Below are positions 16,659 through 27,007 of a stretch of DNA of 64,000 nucleotides, one piece after another; within the stretch, counting starts at the first letter, position 1, and every line of letters starts with the position of its first letter. The notes under the pieces are model-generated. The model had not been told where the DNA came from, ran no database searches, and was given only the letters and a program-made list of their open reading frames with translations. The DNA is from an uncultured Candidatus Saccharibacteria bacterium. GTDB lineage: Bacteria > Patescibacteriota > Minisyncoccia > Ryanbacterales > HO2-45-13. A program made the translations under genes and the position numbers. Location: positions 16,088 through 80,087 of the forward strand of contig CAYHBS010000002.1 in assembly GCA_964354975.1 (NCBI GenBank), in the 5' to 3' direction.

Positions 16659-16860
16659 GAATGGGGCATGTTGTCGTAGGGATGCGACAACGCCCACAAA
16701 ACACGGGGCAGCCAGTCGGCTGTCCCACTTTTTTTGAATATCGCTCCGTAGCCCTTGCATTGTAAGGGAAATCATGGTACGCTTGAGTCAATTCGGCACG
16801 CGTACATCTCGCCATTGAGGCCAGAACTGGCTGTCTGAACCCTACTACTGAAACATCGAT

Positions 16861-17118
16861 ATGAAGCAAAAACTAAAAATCATCGAAACGCATCGCAGGC
16901 ATGACACAGATACCGGATCGGCGGGTGTTCAGGTCGCTATCATTTCACAGGAAATTGACAAACTTGCGTTGCATCTCAAAAAGCATCGCAAGGACAATCA
17001 CTCCCGAAGAGGACTTCTCGGTATGGTCGCAAAACGTCGTAAACTCCTTTCGTACCTCGAAAAGGAAGAGCCGAAGATATACCGCTCTACGATCAAAAAA
17101 CTTGGACTCAAGAAATAA
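16861..17118 (+). CDS. rpsO: 30S ribosomal protein S15
   Basis: TDTGSAGVQVAIISQEIDKLALHLKKHRKDNHSRRGLLGMVAKRRKLLSYL matches the S15 signature (GS.EVQVA..T..I..L..H...H.KD.HSRRGLL..V.KRRKLL.YL). Confidence 0.9.
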   Translation: MKQKLKIIETHRRHDTDTGSAGVQVAIISQEIDKLALHLKKHRKDNHSRRGLLGMVAKRRKLLSYLEKEEPKIYRSTIKKLGLKK

Positions 17119-17669
17119 TGGCCGTTCCGAAACAGAAAGATCAGTTAGTTCCCAGCGTCAAACATAAAGATCAACGTGTTGCGGTATTTATTGATGCCGC
17201 AAACATGTATCACTCTGCGCGCAGCTTGTATAATGCGCGTTTGAATTTTAAAGAGGTGCTTAAAACCGCAGTATTTAATCGGCAGCTCATTCGCGCTTTT
17301 GGATATGTTGTGCGCACAAAAACGGGAGAAGAGCAGCCGTTTTTTGATGCGCTCGTAAAACTTGGCATCGAAACACGCGTGCGCGAACTCCAAGAGTTTT
17401 TTGGGGGAGCGAAAAAAGCGGATTGGGACGTTGGTATCGCGGTGGACGCGATCCGTACGGCGGAAATCGTCGACACCATTGTGCTGATTTCCGGAGACGG
17501 AGATTTTCTCCCGCTCGTAGAATACATCAAGAACCAGGGGCGCCGCGTGGAAGTGGTTGCGTTTGGGCGCAGTTCATCTGCAAAATTAAAAGAAATGTGC
17601 GACGAGTTCACTGACTTAGACTCTGAACCAAATCGCTACTTACTAAAACGAGGAAGAGCAAATGCTTAA
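17118..17669 (+). CDS. NYN/LabA-like (PIN-like fold) domain protein
   Basis: VAVFIDAANMYHS...DWDVGIAVDAI...IVLISGDGDFLPLVEYIKNQGRRVEVVAF matches NYN-domain conserved acidic residues. The start overlaps the rpsO stop (TAATG) and the end overlaps the pnp start. Confidence 0.7.
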   Translation: MAVPKQKDQLVPSVKHKDQRVAVFIDAANMYHSARSLYNARLNFKEVLKTAVFNRQLIRAFGYVVRTKTGEEQPFFDALVKLGIETRVRELQEFFGGAKKADWDVGIAVDAIRTAEIVDTIVLISGDGDFLPLVEYIKNQGRRVEVVAFGRSSSAKLKEMCDEFTDLDSEPNRYLLKRGRANA

Positions 17670-19854
17670 TCGAGGAAAACAATTTACGTGCACCGTTGGC
17701 GGCAAAGAAATGACCGCCACATTTAATGATGCGGCTCCACAGCCAAATAGTTCGGTGCTTGTGCGTTGGGGAGACACCGTGGTGCTTGCCACCGTGGTGA
17801 TGTCGCGCGCGCAGAAATCGGGAGCAACGTATTTTCCACTCACCGTTGATTTTGAAGAGAAATTTTACGCTGCGGGCAAAATGCCTGGCATGCGATTTGT
17901 GCGCCGCGAAGGTCGACCATCGGACCACGCAATTCTCACCGGAAGATTTATCGACCGCACGATTCGTCCGCTCTTTGATCAGCGCATGCGCTATGATATT
18001 CAAGTTTCTATTCTCGTACTTTCATATGACAAGGTGCATCACCCTGATGTGGCCGCACTCCTTGCGGCGTCTCTCGTGCTACATACCAGCGACGTTCCAT
18101 GGAATGGACCAGTGGGAAGTGTGCGCGTCGCAAAAGTAAATGGGAATTTGGTTATTAACGCCACGGAAGAAGAGCGCGCGACCGCAGCATTTGAAATGCT
18201 CGTTTCCGGGCGTGATGGAAAGGTGAATATGCTGGAAGGAAGGTCGGTGGGAGCGAGTGAAAATGAGCTCATACAGGCAATTGAACTTGGCCTCAAAGAA
18301 ATTGCGGTAATCACGAAGTTTCAGGATGAGGTGCGCGCGGCAGTGGGAAAAGAAAAGCGCGTTCCTATAATCTACACTGAAATCCCTGAACTCGTTCAAC
18401 TCTTTCACAAAGAATTTCTCTCCGAACTCAAAACGCTTGTTGCGGCGGGACACGGAAAATCGGATTTGAACAACGCGTATGACACATTGGCAGAACGCTG
18501 GAACAGCGCGGCACGTGAAGCATATCCGGATGCCGCCTCGGATTTAATTGGAGATATTTTAGAACACGCGCTTGACGCTGAAGTGCATCGCCTCGCGCTC
18601 GAGGACGGAAAACGAGTGGACGGAAGAACATTTGATGAAATTCGACCTCTCTCCGCCGAGGCGGGAGTGCTTCCGCGCACACACGGATCGGGACTCTTTT
18701 ACCGAGGTGATACACATATTCTCTCGAGCGTTACGCTCGGCCCTCCTTCGGAAGATCTGCTGGTGTACACGATGACGGAGGATAAAAAGAAACGATTCAT
18801 TCATCAATATAATTTTCCTCCGTTTTCGGTGGGCGAGACGGGAAGAATGGGCAGTCCGGGACGTCGCGAAATTGGACACGGCGCACTTGCCGAAAAAGCG
18901 CTCGAACCAGTGATTCCAAATGCGGAAACATTTCCGTACATCATTCGTATCGTTTCTGAAACACTCTCTTCAAACGGATCATCTTCGATGGGATCGGTGT
19001 CTGCGTCTACCATTGCGCTGATGGATGCGGGAGTGCCAATAAAAGAGCCGGTTGCAGGAATTGCCATGGGATTATTTACGGGACCAAAAAATGCGTACAA
19101 GGTGCTCACTGACTTGCAAGGATTTGAAGATCATTATGGAGATATGGATTTTAAGGTTGCAGGAACACGCACCGCAATCACCGCGGTTCAACTCGATATT
19201 AAAGTGGCTGGTATCTCAATGGAGATGATTCGCGATACATTCAAAGACGCGCGTGTGGCGCGCCTCAAAGTACTTGATGTGATTGAGAGCGCGATTGCCA
19301 CACCACGCGCCGAACTCTCTCCGTACGCGCCTCGTATCATCACGCTCACGATTAATCCGGAAAAAATTCGCGACCTGATTGGCCCCGGAGGAAAAATCAT
19401 CAATGCCATTATTGACGCAACCGGTTGTCAGATTGATATCGAACAAGACGGCACCGTACTCATCTCAAGCCCCACCCCAGAATCCCTCGATGCTGCGGTT
19501 CAGCAAGTAAAAGCAATCACGAAAGAACCGGAAATCGGAGAAACATTTACCGGAAAAGTCACGCGTATTTTTCAGTTCGGAGCGATGGTAGAAATGGGTC
19601 CAAATCAGGAAGGACTTGTGCATATTTCCGAACTTGCGCCCTACCGCGTCGGAGAAGTAACTGATATTGTACATGTGGGAGACACCGTGCCTGTGAAAGT
19701 CATTGGAATTGATGATCTTGGACGTGTAAACCTCTCTATTAAAGCGGTGGCAACGCTCGAGCAAAAGCCTCGCCCCAGTGGAGAAGAAACGAAATCGCAT
19801 GCTCCCCAACGACCCCACCAAAATAACTCCCACGGGAGGCAAGGTAGGCGGTAA
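17662..19854 (+). CDS. pnp: Polyribonucleotide nucleotidyltransferase (PNPase)
   Basis: 730 aa. Two RNase PH-like domains, a KH domain (IRDLIGPGGKIINAI) and an S1 domain (GETFTGKVTRIFQFGAMVEM) at the C-terminus. Confidence 0.9.
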   Translation: MLNRGKQFTCTVGGKEMTATFNDAAPQPNSSVLVRWGDTVVLATVVMSRAQKSGATYFPLTVDFEEKFYAAGKMPGMRFVRREGRPSDHAILTGRFIDRTIRPLFDQRMRYDIQVSILVLSYDKVHHPDVAALLAASLVLHTSDVPWNGPVGSVRVAKVNGNLVINATEEERATAAFEMLVSGRDGKVNMLEGRSVGASENELIQAIELGLKEIAVITKFQDEVRAAVGKEKRVPIIYTEIPELVQLFHKEFLSELKTLVAAGHGKSDLNNAYDTLAERWNSAAREAYPDAASDLIGDILEHALDAEVHRLALEDGKRVDGRTFDEIRPLSAEAGVLPRTHGSGLFYRGDTHILSSVTLGPPSEDLLVYTMTEDKKKRFIHQYNFPPFSVGETGRMGSPGRREIGHGALAEKALEPVIPNAETFPYIIRIVSETLSSNGSSSMGSVSASTIALMDAGVPIKEPVAGIAMGLFTGPKNAYKVLTDLQGFEDHYGDMDFKVAGTRTAITAVQLDIKVAGISMEMIRDTFKDARVARLKVLDVIESAIATPRAELSPYAPRIITLTINPEKIRDLIGPGGKIINAIIDATGCQIDIEQDGTVLISSPTPESLDAAVQQVKAITKEPEIGETFTGKVTRIFQFGAMVEMGPNQEGLVHISELAPYRVGEVTDIVHVGDTVPVKVIGIDDLGRVNLSIKAVATLEQKPRPSGEETKSHAPQRPHQNNSHGRQGRR

Positions 19855-19897
19855 CATTCCTGCAGTTCATACCTTGAAAAGCGACGCCGCCTATATC

Positions 19898-21013
19898 ATG
19901 AACCGTCAAGATGTGACGGTTGTTGATATTGCACGCAAAGATCACCAAGTGCGTGAGCAAGACGCGCAGATATATAACGTTCCTCGCCGACCAAACTGGG
20001 CGAAGCGAATTCTTGTTACAGTGTCGGTCATTCTGATACTCACGGGAGTTGGCGCGGGGGGGTATTTGGGATACCGTTGGTACACTAAAGAACCCGAGCC
20101 GGTAAAGCCTATTGCCTACTCTCCCATCATTGAAGCGAACGTAATCACCGAGTACACGCTCCCCGCAAACAACACGGAAGCACTGCAGGAACATATTGCG
20201 GACGCAAAAAAATTATCGCTCCCCGCAGGACAGACTCGCTACATGCCGTTGATGTTGACCCGTAGTGGCACCGCGTTCGCGGAGCCGGCGGACGTAAGGG
20301 CATTTATGCATCTCGCGGCGCTTGCCCCTCCGCAATCGGTGCGAGATGCATTCACGGGAACATGGAGTATGTATACCGTGTACGGCGAATCGACTGCAGA
20401 CATCGCATGGTTATTTGCGAGCAATATAAACGCCCCCGAGCGCACCCGCAGCGCAATGCAAGAGTGGGAACGCTCCATTAGAATGGATTTTTCGCGCATC
20501 ACCGGCATTTCTGCTGCTCCCGCGCCAGCAACGCAGACGCGCACCATTGAAGGAATTACCATCACGAGATGGATCATACTCGGAACCACGGGGGATGACG
20601 TCACCACACTGCAAACATTCCTTAAGGATATTGGACATCTTCCTTCCGTATATACACCGTCAACGAAAATGGACGTACCTGCCGTAGACGCCCTCAAAAA
20701 ATATCAATGTGATCAGAAACTCGTGTGCGGCGGGACGGTGGACGAAGGCTACGGGGCAACGGGGCCAAAAACACGTACCGCGCTGAACATGGCGGTCACG
20801 GTGAGTGACGCGTCCGCAACCGCGGGAACAGTGGGAGGATTTGCTTCAGATACTATCGAAAACATTGATGTGCGTGTGCTCCGCGACTTCGCAAGTGGCC
20901 CAGGACTCTATACGTACGCAATATTTAATAATAACCTCGTCGTACTCACCACGTCTCCAGAAGCCATGCGCGTGATGCTTCAGTTGCTTCGTGTAAAACG
21001 AATTAATCTGTAA
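19898..21013 (+). CDS. Membrane-anchored protein with a putative peptidoglycan-binding domain
   Basis: TM helix (ILVTVSVILILTGVGAGGYLGY). C-terminal region DVTTLQTFLKDIGHLPS...VDALKKYQ...GTVDEGYGATGPKTRTALN resembles a PG_binding_1 repeat. The ATG at 19898 was chosen to avoid overlap with pnp. Confidence 0.5.
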   Translation: MNRQDVTVVDIARKDHQVREQDAQIYNVPRRPNWAKRILVTVSVILILTGVGAGGYLGYRWYTKEPEPVKPIAYSPIIEANVITEYTLPANNTEALQEHIADAKKLSLPAGQTRYMPLMLTRSGTAFAEPADVRAFMHLAALAPPQSVRDAFTGTWSMYTVYGESTADIAWLFASNINAPERTRSAMQEWERSIRMDFSRITGISAAPAPATQTRTIEGITITRWIILGTTGDDVTTLQTFLKDIGHLPSVYTPSTKMDVPAVDALKKYQCDQKLVCGGTVDEGYGATGPKTRTALNMAVTVSDASATAGTVGGFASDTIENIDVRVLRDFASGPGLYTYAIFNNNLVVLTTSPEAMRVMLQLLRVKRINL

Positions 21014-21050
21014 GTTGTTCGCATACATCAGGGGAGCGTACAATGTCGGT

Positions 21051-21419
21051 ATGGATACATCGATATTTCAAGGACTCCTCATAAAAGAAAAGGTGGATAT
21101 TGAGCGTACGCTTACCTCGGTGGGACACAAAGAAGGCGTTGGGCACATTACCGCATGGGAACCATCATTTCCGGATCTGAACGCATCGCGCGCGGAACAA
21201 AGCGAAGTCGCGGATGAATATGAAGAATTTGATAATCGCATTGGAGTAGAAACAAGTCTCGCGCGTCGTCTCTCTGACATTGATGCGGCGCTTTCACGTA
21301 TTACAAATGGAATATACGGAACATGCGCGGTCGGGGGCGAGCAGATTTCGGAAGATCGGCTCCGCGCAAACCCTGCCGCCACCACGTGCATCACTCACGC
21401 ACCCACGCGTACCGGCTAG
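21051..21419 (+). CDS. DksA/TraR-family protein with degenerate (2-Cys) zinc finger
   Basis: Coiled-coil N-region, then LSRITNGIYGTCAVGGEQISEDRLRANPAATTCITHA, the DksA C-terminal pattern with only two of the four Cys. Confidence 0.5.
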   Translation: MDTSIFQGLLIKEKVDIERTLTSVGHKEGVGHITAWEPSFPDLNASRAEQSEVADEYEEFDNRIGVETSLARRLSDIDAALSRITNGIYGTCAVGGEQISEDRLRANPAATTCITHAPTRTG

Positions 21420-21431
21420 GCCGGTATTTTT

Positions 21432-22970
21432 ATGGCTCAATGCATTCATAGCGTACAAACAATAGGCATTGTCGCACATCCCGTGGATGTTGAGGTTGAT
21501 CTTGCACCGGGACTTTTTCGATTTACTATTGTCGGTCTTCCCGATAAGGCAGTGGAGGAATCTCGAGATCGCGTAGGAGCCGCCATTGCACATAGCAAGC
21601 TCACTCCTCCGCACAAAAAACATGCGCGTGTCACCATTAACTTAGCTCCTGCGGACATCAAAAAAGAAGGGCCGATGTTTGACGTGCCTATTGCGCTCGC
21701 ATTTTTACTTGCCGGAAAACAAATTCGCTTTGATCCTGCGCGGAGATGGTTTGTGGGAGAGCTGGCACTCGACGGATCGGTGCGTGCGGGGAAAGGTATT
21801 ATTATTCTTGCGAGCGCCGCAAAGCGCGCAGGAATCACCGAACTCTACGTCCCCACCACGAATTGCGTGGAAGCGGCGATGGTTCCAGGAATTTCCGTGA
21901 TTGGTTTTTCAACGCTCGGTGAACTGATAGATCACCTTGAGGGACGCCACATCATCCCCGCAACTCCCAGTGGCACATTTCATTCCGTCACCCCTGCAAC
22001 GGTTGTAGATTTTGCGGATATCAAAGGGCAGGTGTCTGCCAGGCGCGCCGCAGAAATTGCCGCAGCGGGAAGACATCATCTCGCCCTTTCAGGACCTCCG
22101 GGCACTGGGAAAACAATGATTGCTCGTGCAATCCCAGGCATTATGCCGCCCATGACATTTGATGAAGCACTTGAAGTGACTGCAATTCATAGCGTATCGG
22201 GCACCGCGCGCGAGGATATTCGTAGCTACGGCGTCATACGCTCACGTCCATTCCGCAGTCCACATCACACAACATCCCACGCTGCGCTTGTTGGGGGAGG
22301 AACGGTGCCAAAACCGGGAGAGCTTACGCTCGCCCATCACGGTATTTTATTTCTCGACGAATTCCCAGAATTCAGTACCGCCTCCATCGAGGCGCTTCGT
22401 GAACCACTCGAAGAGCGTATGGTGACTGTTGCGCGCGTAAAAGCAACAAATACATTCCCCGCACATATTTTGCTGGTCGCAGCTATGAATCTCTGCCCGT
22501 GCGGGAGGCGAGGGGCTCACGAAGTATGCACGTGCTCACCGAGAGATCTGATGCGCTACCAACGGAAAGTGTCGGGACCCATAGTGGACCGCATTGATCT
22601 CTGGGCAAACGTTCCGCGTGTGGACGCCGCAAGCGCTACCGCGCTCCCCGCAGGGGACTCGTCGGAGCGCATGAAAGAACGTGTCGCGCGCGCTGCGCTC
22701 ATGCAGCGTGATCGATACGCGCATACTCCATATCTCTGGAACAGTGAGCTCCCCGCCGCAAAATTTGATATGTTTCTTGCACTGAGCGACGTGGCGTCTC
22801 GTACGCTCGCTACCGCGGCGTCGCAACTACACATGTCACTTCGCGCATTTCATCGTGTGAAAAAAATATCGAGAACCATTGCGGATCTCGATGCGTCGCC
22901 CTCAATTGAAAATGCACACATTCTCGAAGCGCTCCAGTTTCGCCCTCGCGTACAAGAAATACATCACTAG
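21432..22970 (+). CDS. comM: YifB/ComM-family Mg-chelatase-like AAA+ ATPase
   Basis: N-terminal Lon-protease-like ChlI domain (VDVEVDLAPGLFRFTIVGLPDKAVEESRDRV), Walker A LSGPPGTGKTM, and C-terminal Mg_chelatase_C. Confidence 0.85.
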   Translation: MAQCIHSVQTIGIVAHPVDVEVDLAPGLFRFTIVGLPDKAVEESRDRVGAAIAHSKLTPPHKKHARVTINLAPADIKKEGPMFDVPIALAFLLAGKQIRFDPARRWFVGELALDGSVRAGKGIIILASAAKRAGITELYVPTTNCVEAAMVPGISVIGFSTLGELIDHLEGRHIIPATPSGTFHSVTPATVVDFADIKGQVSARRAAEIAAAGRHHLALSGPPGTGKTMIARAIPGIMPPMTFDEALEVTAIHSVSGTAREDIRSYGVIRSRPFRSPHHTTSHAALVGGGTVPKPGELTLAHHGILFLDEFPEFSTASIEALREPLEERMVTVARVKATNTFPAHILLVAAMNLCPCGRRGAHEVCTCSPRDLMRYQRKVSGPIVDRIDLWANVPRVDAASATALPAGDSSERMKERVARAALMQRDRYAHTPYLWNSELPAAKFDMFLALSDVASRTLATAASQLHMSLRAFHRVKKISRTIADLDASPSIENAHILEALQFRPRVQEIHH

Positions 22971-24046
22971 AACGGATTTGCGGCTCCGCGAATTTCGAAG
23001 TGTACGTGGCATCCCGTGGAACGACCCGTTGTTCCAACATCTCCAATATATTGTCCTTTTTCTACGGCGCCGCCTTGCGCGACCATCACCGTACTCATGT
23101 GTCCATAGACGGTCTGTGTGCCATTTGGATGTTTAATGGCAACATATTTCCCATATCCTCCATTCCATCCGGAGTTACGCGAAATAATGACCGTACCTCC
23201 GGCAGACGCGTAGAGTGGGGTTCCACAGGGAGCGGCAATATCTACGGCATTATATCCATGGAGTCCCTGCGTTTTTTTCCCACCTGTGAGTGGGCGTCCA
23301 AAATATCCCGGTGCGCTTGGTGCGGAAGAACCGCGCACTCCGAGAGATTTTGCTACTGCGGACGGCGCTTGCGTGACCATATCGACATTTGGAATGATCA
23401 TGTCCTTGCCGACGCTTAGTGTGCTCCCTATCGCGAGCTCATTAAAAATACGAATTTCTTCAACGTCTCCTTTATATTTCTTCGCAATGGACTCAATGGT
23501 GTCTCCTTTCGCCACCGTGTGTTTCACTCCCGATACCGGAAGAATCACAAGCACGTCTCCTGGTTTAATTAGCTCGGGGCGAGAAATATTATTTGCCCAA
23601 TAAATGGTCCCTACGCTAATGCCAAACGTACGCGCAATAACGGAAAGATTGTCTCCGTCACGCACCGTGTAGGTGGTAATGATTGAAAGCCGAGTTTCTT
23701 CTGCATCAGAAATCGTGCCGAGTGGCCCAATTGCAGGAATAATGGCGTTTTCTTCGGTGTATGCCAGTGTCGGCCCTCCCGTTGCTGCTTTGGGATTGGT
23801 GTTGCGCACCGCCTCAAGAAACGGTTTTGAAATGATGGGGTCCTGGTGTGCGGCAAGTGAAGATGCGTCTACAGTTTCTACCGAAGATCCAAATAGGGTG
23901 CGGAAAAACTCTCCGATGGAAAACGCTCGCGCCAAAGAAGGAACCAGGATAACCCCCAGCATGAGGGTAAGCACTGAAACCCGCACACGACCCGCTGATC
24001 GCCTCGCGAGTCCGATATGGAGTTGTTGTGATGTAGTAATACGCAA
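22967..24046 (-). CDS. LysM-domain-containing M23-family metallopeptidase
   Basis: Two LysM-like repeats (YTVRDGDNLSVIARTF..., HTVAKGDTIESIAKKY...). M23 motifs HGYNAVDIAAP and GHMSTV...GTTGRSTGCHVHFE. Confidence 0.8.
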   Translation of the reverse strand: MRITTSQQLHIGLARRSAGRVRVSVLTLMLGVILVPSLARAFSIGEFFRTLFGSSVETVDASSLAAHQDPIISKPFLEAVRNTNPKAATGGPTLAYTEENAIIPAIGPLGTISDAEETRLSIITTYTVRDGDNLSVIARTFGISVGTIYWANNISRPELIKPGDVLVILPVSGVKHTVAKGDTIESIAKKYKGDVEEIRIFNELAIGSTLSVGKDMIIPNVDMVTQAPSAVAKSLGVRGSSAPSAPGYFGRPLTGGKKTQGLHGYNAVDIAAPCGTPLYASAGGTVIISRNSGWNGGYGKYVAIKHPNGTQTVYGHMSTVMVAQGGAVEKGQYIGDVGTTGRSTGCHVHFEIRGAANPF

Positions 24047-24209
24047 AGTGAGTTACGCGCCGGTTCTTCCAAAACGTCCACACAGTGTATGCGCTATAAT
24101 GAGTGGGCACTTGCCCAGTCGTGCCCACTAGCATACCCGAAAACGCCCCATTTTTCAACCGTTTTTATGGAGGCGCAGTGGGCAAAAAATCATTACTACA
24201 CAACGATAA

Positions 24210-26126
24210 ATGGACATTTTCCACGGGTTAAACCCGGAGCAGAAAATTGCGGTAGAAACAACTGAAGGGCCCCTCCTTGTGCTTGCGGGGGCCGGATCGG
24301 GAAAAACACGCGTTATTGCACATCGCATCGCACATATTGTCCGCCAAGGGACCGCTCCGGACCGTATTTTGGCGGTCACGTTTACCAATAAAGCTGCGGG
24401 GGAGATGCGGGAACGTATTCATGCACTTCTCGGTACGGTCGATGGTAGTGGAAGTGTGCCGTTTATTGGCACATTTCATGCGCTCGGTATTCAAATACTC
24501 CGCACGCATGGAAGCCGCATTGGACTGAGCGACCGCTTTTCGATTGCCGATCAGGAAGATTCATTGAAGCTCATTAAAGAAATTATGGTGGGTCGTCAAC
24601 TTGATCCGGATATCTACGACCCGCAACGGTTTCGCGGAATTATTTCACAACTCAAAAATGAAATGACACCGGTGTCGCAACTCGGAGCCGCGGGGTTTTC
24701 AAGTCCCTATGAAGAACAAATTGCGGGCGTGTACGTTGGGTATGAAGCGGCGCTGCATAAAATGCAAAACTGCGATTTTGATGATCTCCTTATCCGACCT
24801 GTACAACTACTAAAAGACCATGCGGATGTTCGCGAATATTGGCAGGACAAGTGGAAATACATTCACATTGATGAATACCAGGACACGAACGTTGCGCAGT
24901 ACCAACTCTCGCGTTTACTCTCCGCGCGTCATCACAACATTTGTGTGGTGGGAGATATTGATCAAGCAATTTATTCGTGGAGAGGCGCGGACTGGAGAAA
25001 TATTCTCAACTTTGAGCGTGACTTCGAAGGCGCTACCGTCATAATGCTTGAACAAAATTATCGATCAACCAAGGTGATTCTTGAGGCGGCGCGGAGTGTG
25101 ATAGCCAGAAACTCCGAACGCAAGCCAATCGCACTCCGCACTGACAACGCAGAAGGGGAAAAGGTGCGCATTAAAATATTAGAAGATGAGCGCAAGGAAG
25201 CGGCAATGGTGGTGAGTGATATTGCAGACGCCATTCGCGTAGGATACAAACATTCCGACATTGCGATACTATTCCGCACCAACGCACAATCACGCGCAAT
25301 TGAAGAGGCGCTGATGAAGCGCGCGATTCCATATCGATTAGTGTCGGGAGTGCGATTTTACGACCGAAAAGAGGTCAAGGATGTACTTGCGTATCTCAAA
25401 CGCGCGCGAAACCCGGAGGACGGAGTGTCCGAGCGTCGTGTTCTGAACATGCCTCCGCGCGGAATCGGAAAAGTGTTGCTATATAAGTATATTGCGGGCA
25501 TTTCACTCTCTGCTTCGGAGCAGAAAAAAATTGAGGAATTCACTCGTATCATCACGGAAATTAGCGAAAAATTTTCAACCACCAACCTCCCGGATCTCAT
25601 CACATTTATCATTGAGCGCGCGGGGTACGTAACGTATTTTTCAAAAGATGCTGAAGGAAAAGAGCGGCTCGCAAATATGCGCGAACTCGTGAGCGTTGCC
25701 GCAAAACACCGTGATACGCATGCGATAGAAATTATTGATGACTTTTTGCAGGAAGTGGAACTCATGAGCGATCAGGACCTCGTAGACACCACGGTGGATG
25801 CGGTGCACCTCCTCACCGCGCACGCCGCAAAAGGCCTTGAGTTTAAAGTGGTCATCGTGACCGGACTCGAAGAGGGGCTCTTCCCACATACGCTCGCGCA
25901 AGAAGAGGGAATGATTGAGGAGGAACGACGCCTCTTTTATGTGGCTGTTACGCGCGCGCGCGAGCGCATCATTCTTACGCTCACCATGCGCCGGATGATG
26001 AATGGAGAAGTTGCATTTAACGATCCTTCTCGCTTTATTGGAGAAATACCGGAGCATCTCGTCGACATCATTATTCCGGAGTACCCGTCCAAATCGTATG
26101 AAGAAGAAACAATCCATTATTTCTAA
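24210..26126 (+). CDS. UvrD/PcrA/Rep-family ATP-dependent DNA helicase
   Basis: Motif I LVLAGAGSGKTRVIAHRIAH, motif II HIDEYQDTN, plus C-terminal helicase motifs (VTRARERI). Confidence 0.85.
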   Translation: MDIFHGLNPEQKIAVETTEGPLLVLAGAGSGKTRVIAHRIAHIVRQGTAPDRILAVTFTNKAAGEMRERIHALLGTVDGSGSVPFIGTFHALGIQILRTHGSRIGLSDRFSIADQEDSLKLIKEIMVGRQLDPDIYDPQRFRGIISQLKNEMTPVSQLGAAGFSSPYEEQIAGVYVGYEAALHKMQNCDFDDLLIRPVQLLKDHADVREYWQDKWKYIHIDEYQDTNVAQYQLSRLLSARHHNICVVGDIDQAIYSWRGADWRNILNFERDFEGATVIMLEQNYRSTKVILEAARSVIARNSERKPIALRTDNAEGEKVRIKILEDERKEAAMVVSDIADAIRVGYKHSDIAILFRTNAQSRAIEEALMKRAIPYRLVSGVRFYDRKEVKDVLAYLKRARNPEDGVSERRVLNMPPRGIGKVLLYKYIAGISLSASEQKKIEEFTRIITEISEKFSTTNLPDLITFIIERAGYVTYFSKDAEGKERLANMRELVSVAAKHRDTHAIEIIDDFLQEVELMSDQDLVDTTVDAVHLLTAHAAKGLEFKVVIVTGLEEGLFPHTLAQEEGMIEEERRLFYVAVTRARERIILTLTMRRMMNGEVAFNDPSRFIGEIPEHLVDIIIPEYPSKSYEEETIHYF

Positions 26127-26946
26127 ACGCCGCGCGCGCGCGAAGCGCCCGCCACTTGGACAACATTTTTTGACGTCTGCGCGTGTGCTGACAGATATTA
26201 TACGCGCCGCGCATGTTCGTCCTGGTGAGCTGATTTTGGAAATTGGCCCAGGAAAGGGAGTGCTCACGCGTGCACTCCTTGCCTCTGGTGCGCGCGTGAT
26301 TGCAATTGAGCGCGATGAGATGCTCGCTGGGGCGCTTTCCAAAGAATTTGCAGGCAACACACACTTCACACTCATCACCGGTGACGCTATTGAAATCTTG
26401 GAGCAGGGGAGTGTTCCGGAGTTACGACGCACTTCATACGCGGTGATTGCAAATATTCCGTACGCGATAACCGGACGACTGTTCCGTTTACTCTGGTCGC
26501 ACGCCTCACTCCCCGCACCCACGCGCACGGTAGTGCTTGTGCAGAAAGAAGTGGCGGATCGCATGATGGCGGATATTAAAAAAGGAACGGGCATGAACCT
26601 GCTTGGACTCGCAACACATTGTTATGGAAATCCTGCGTACATCTCAACGGTTCCGAAAGGAGCGTTTCAACCGCCACCAAATGTACTTTCGGCAATCATT
26701 GCGATCACAAAACACGTCACATCGCCACTCGCAGAAGCACGCATCGAACATCTTGATGATTTTTTTGATATTGCGCGCACCGCATTTCAACAAAAACGAA
26801 AACAGCTTCACACATCGCTCAAATTGCAGTGGCCGAAAGCGGGAACCGCAAAAGAAAAATCGATCGAAAAGTATCGAATGCGCCGCCCCGAGACACTTTC
26901 GCTCGCAGATTGGATGAACCTTTATCAAGGTTTGCAAAAACACTGA
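26098..26946 (+). CDS. rsmA: 16S rRNA (adenine1518/1519-N6)-dimethyltransferase RsmA/KsgA
   Basis: GQHFLTS...ILEIGPGKGVLTRAL...NIPYAIT motifs. The start at ATG 26098 overlaps the helicase end by 29 nt. Confidence 0.8.
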   Translation: MKKKQSIISKRRARAKRPPLGQHFLTSARVLTDIIRAAHVRPGELILEIGPGKGVLTRALLASGARVIAIERDEMLAGALSKEFAGNTHFTLITGDAIEILEQGSVPELRRTSYAVIANIPYAITGRLFRLLWSHASLPAPTRTVVLVQKEVADRMMADIKKGTGMNLLGLATHCYGNPAYISTVPKGAFQPPPNVLSAIIAITKHVTSPLAEARIEHLDDFFDIARTAFQQKRKQLHTSLKLQWPKAGTAKEKSIEKYRMRRPETLSLADWMNLYQGLQKH

Positions 26947-27007
26947 AAAACATTAGTGATTATGCACAAAACAAGTGCGTAATTACTAGTATCCGACTGC
27001 TATACTA

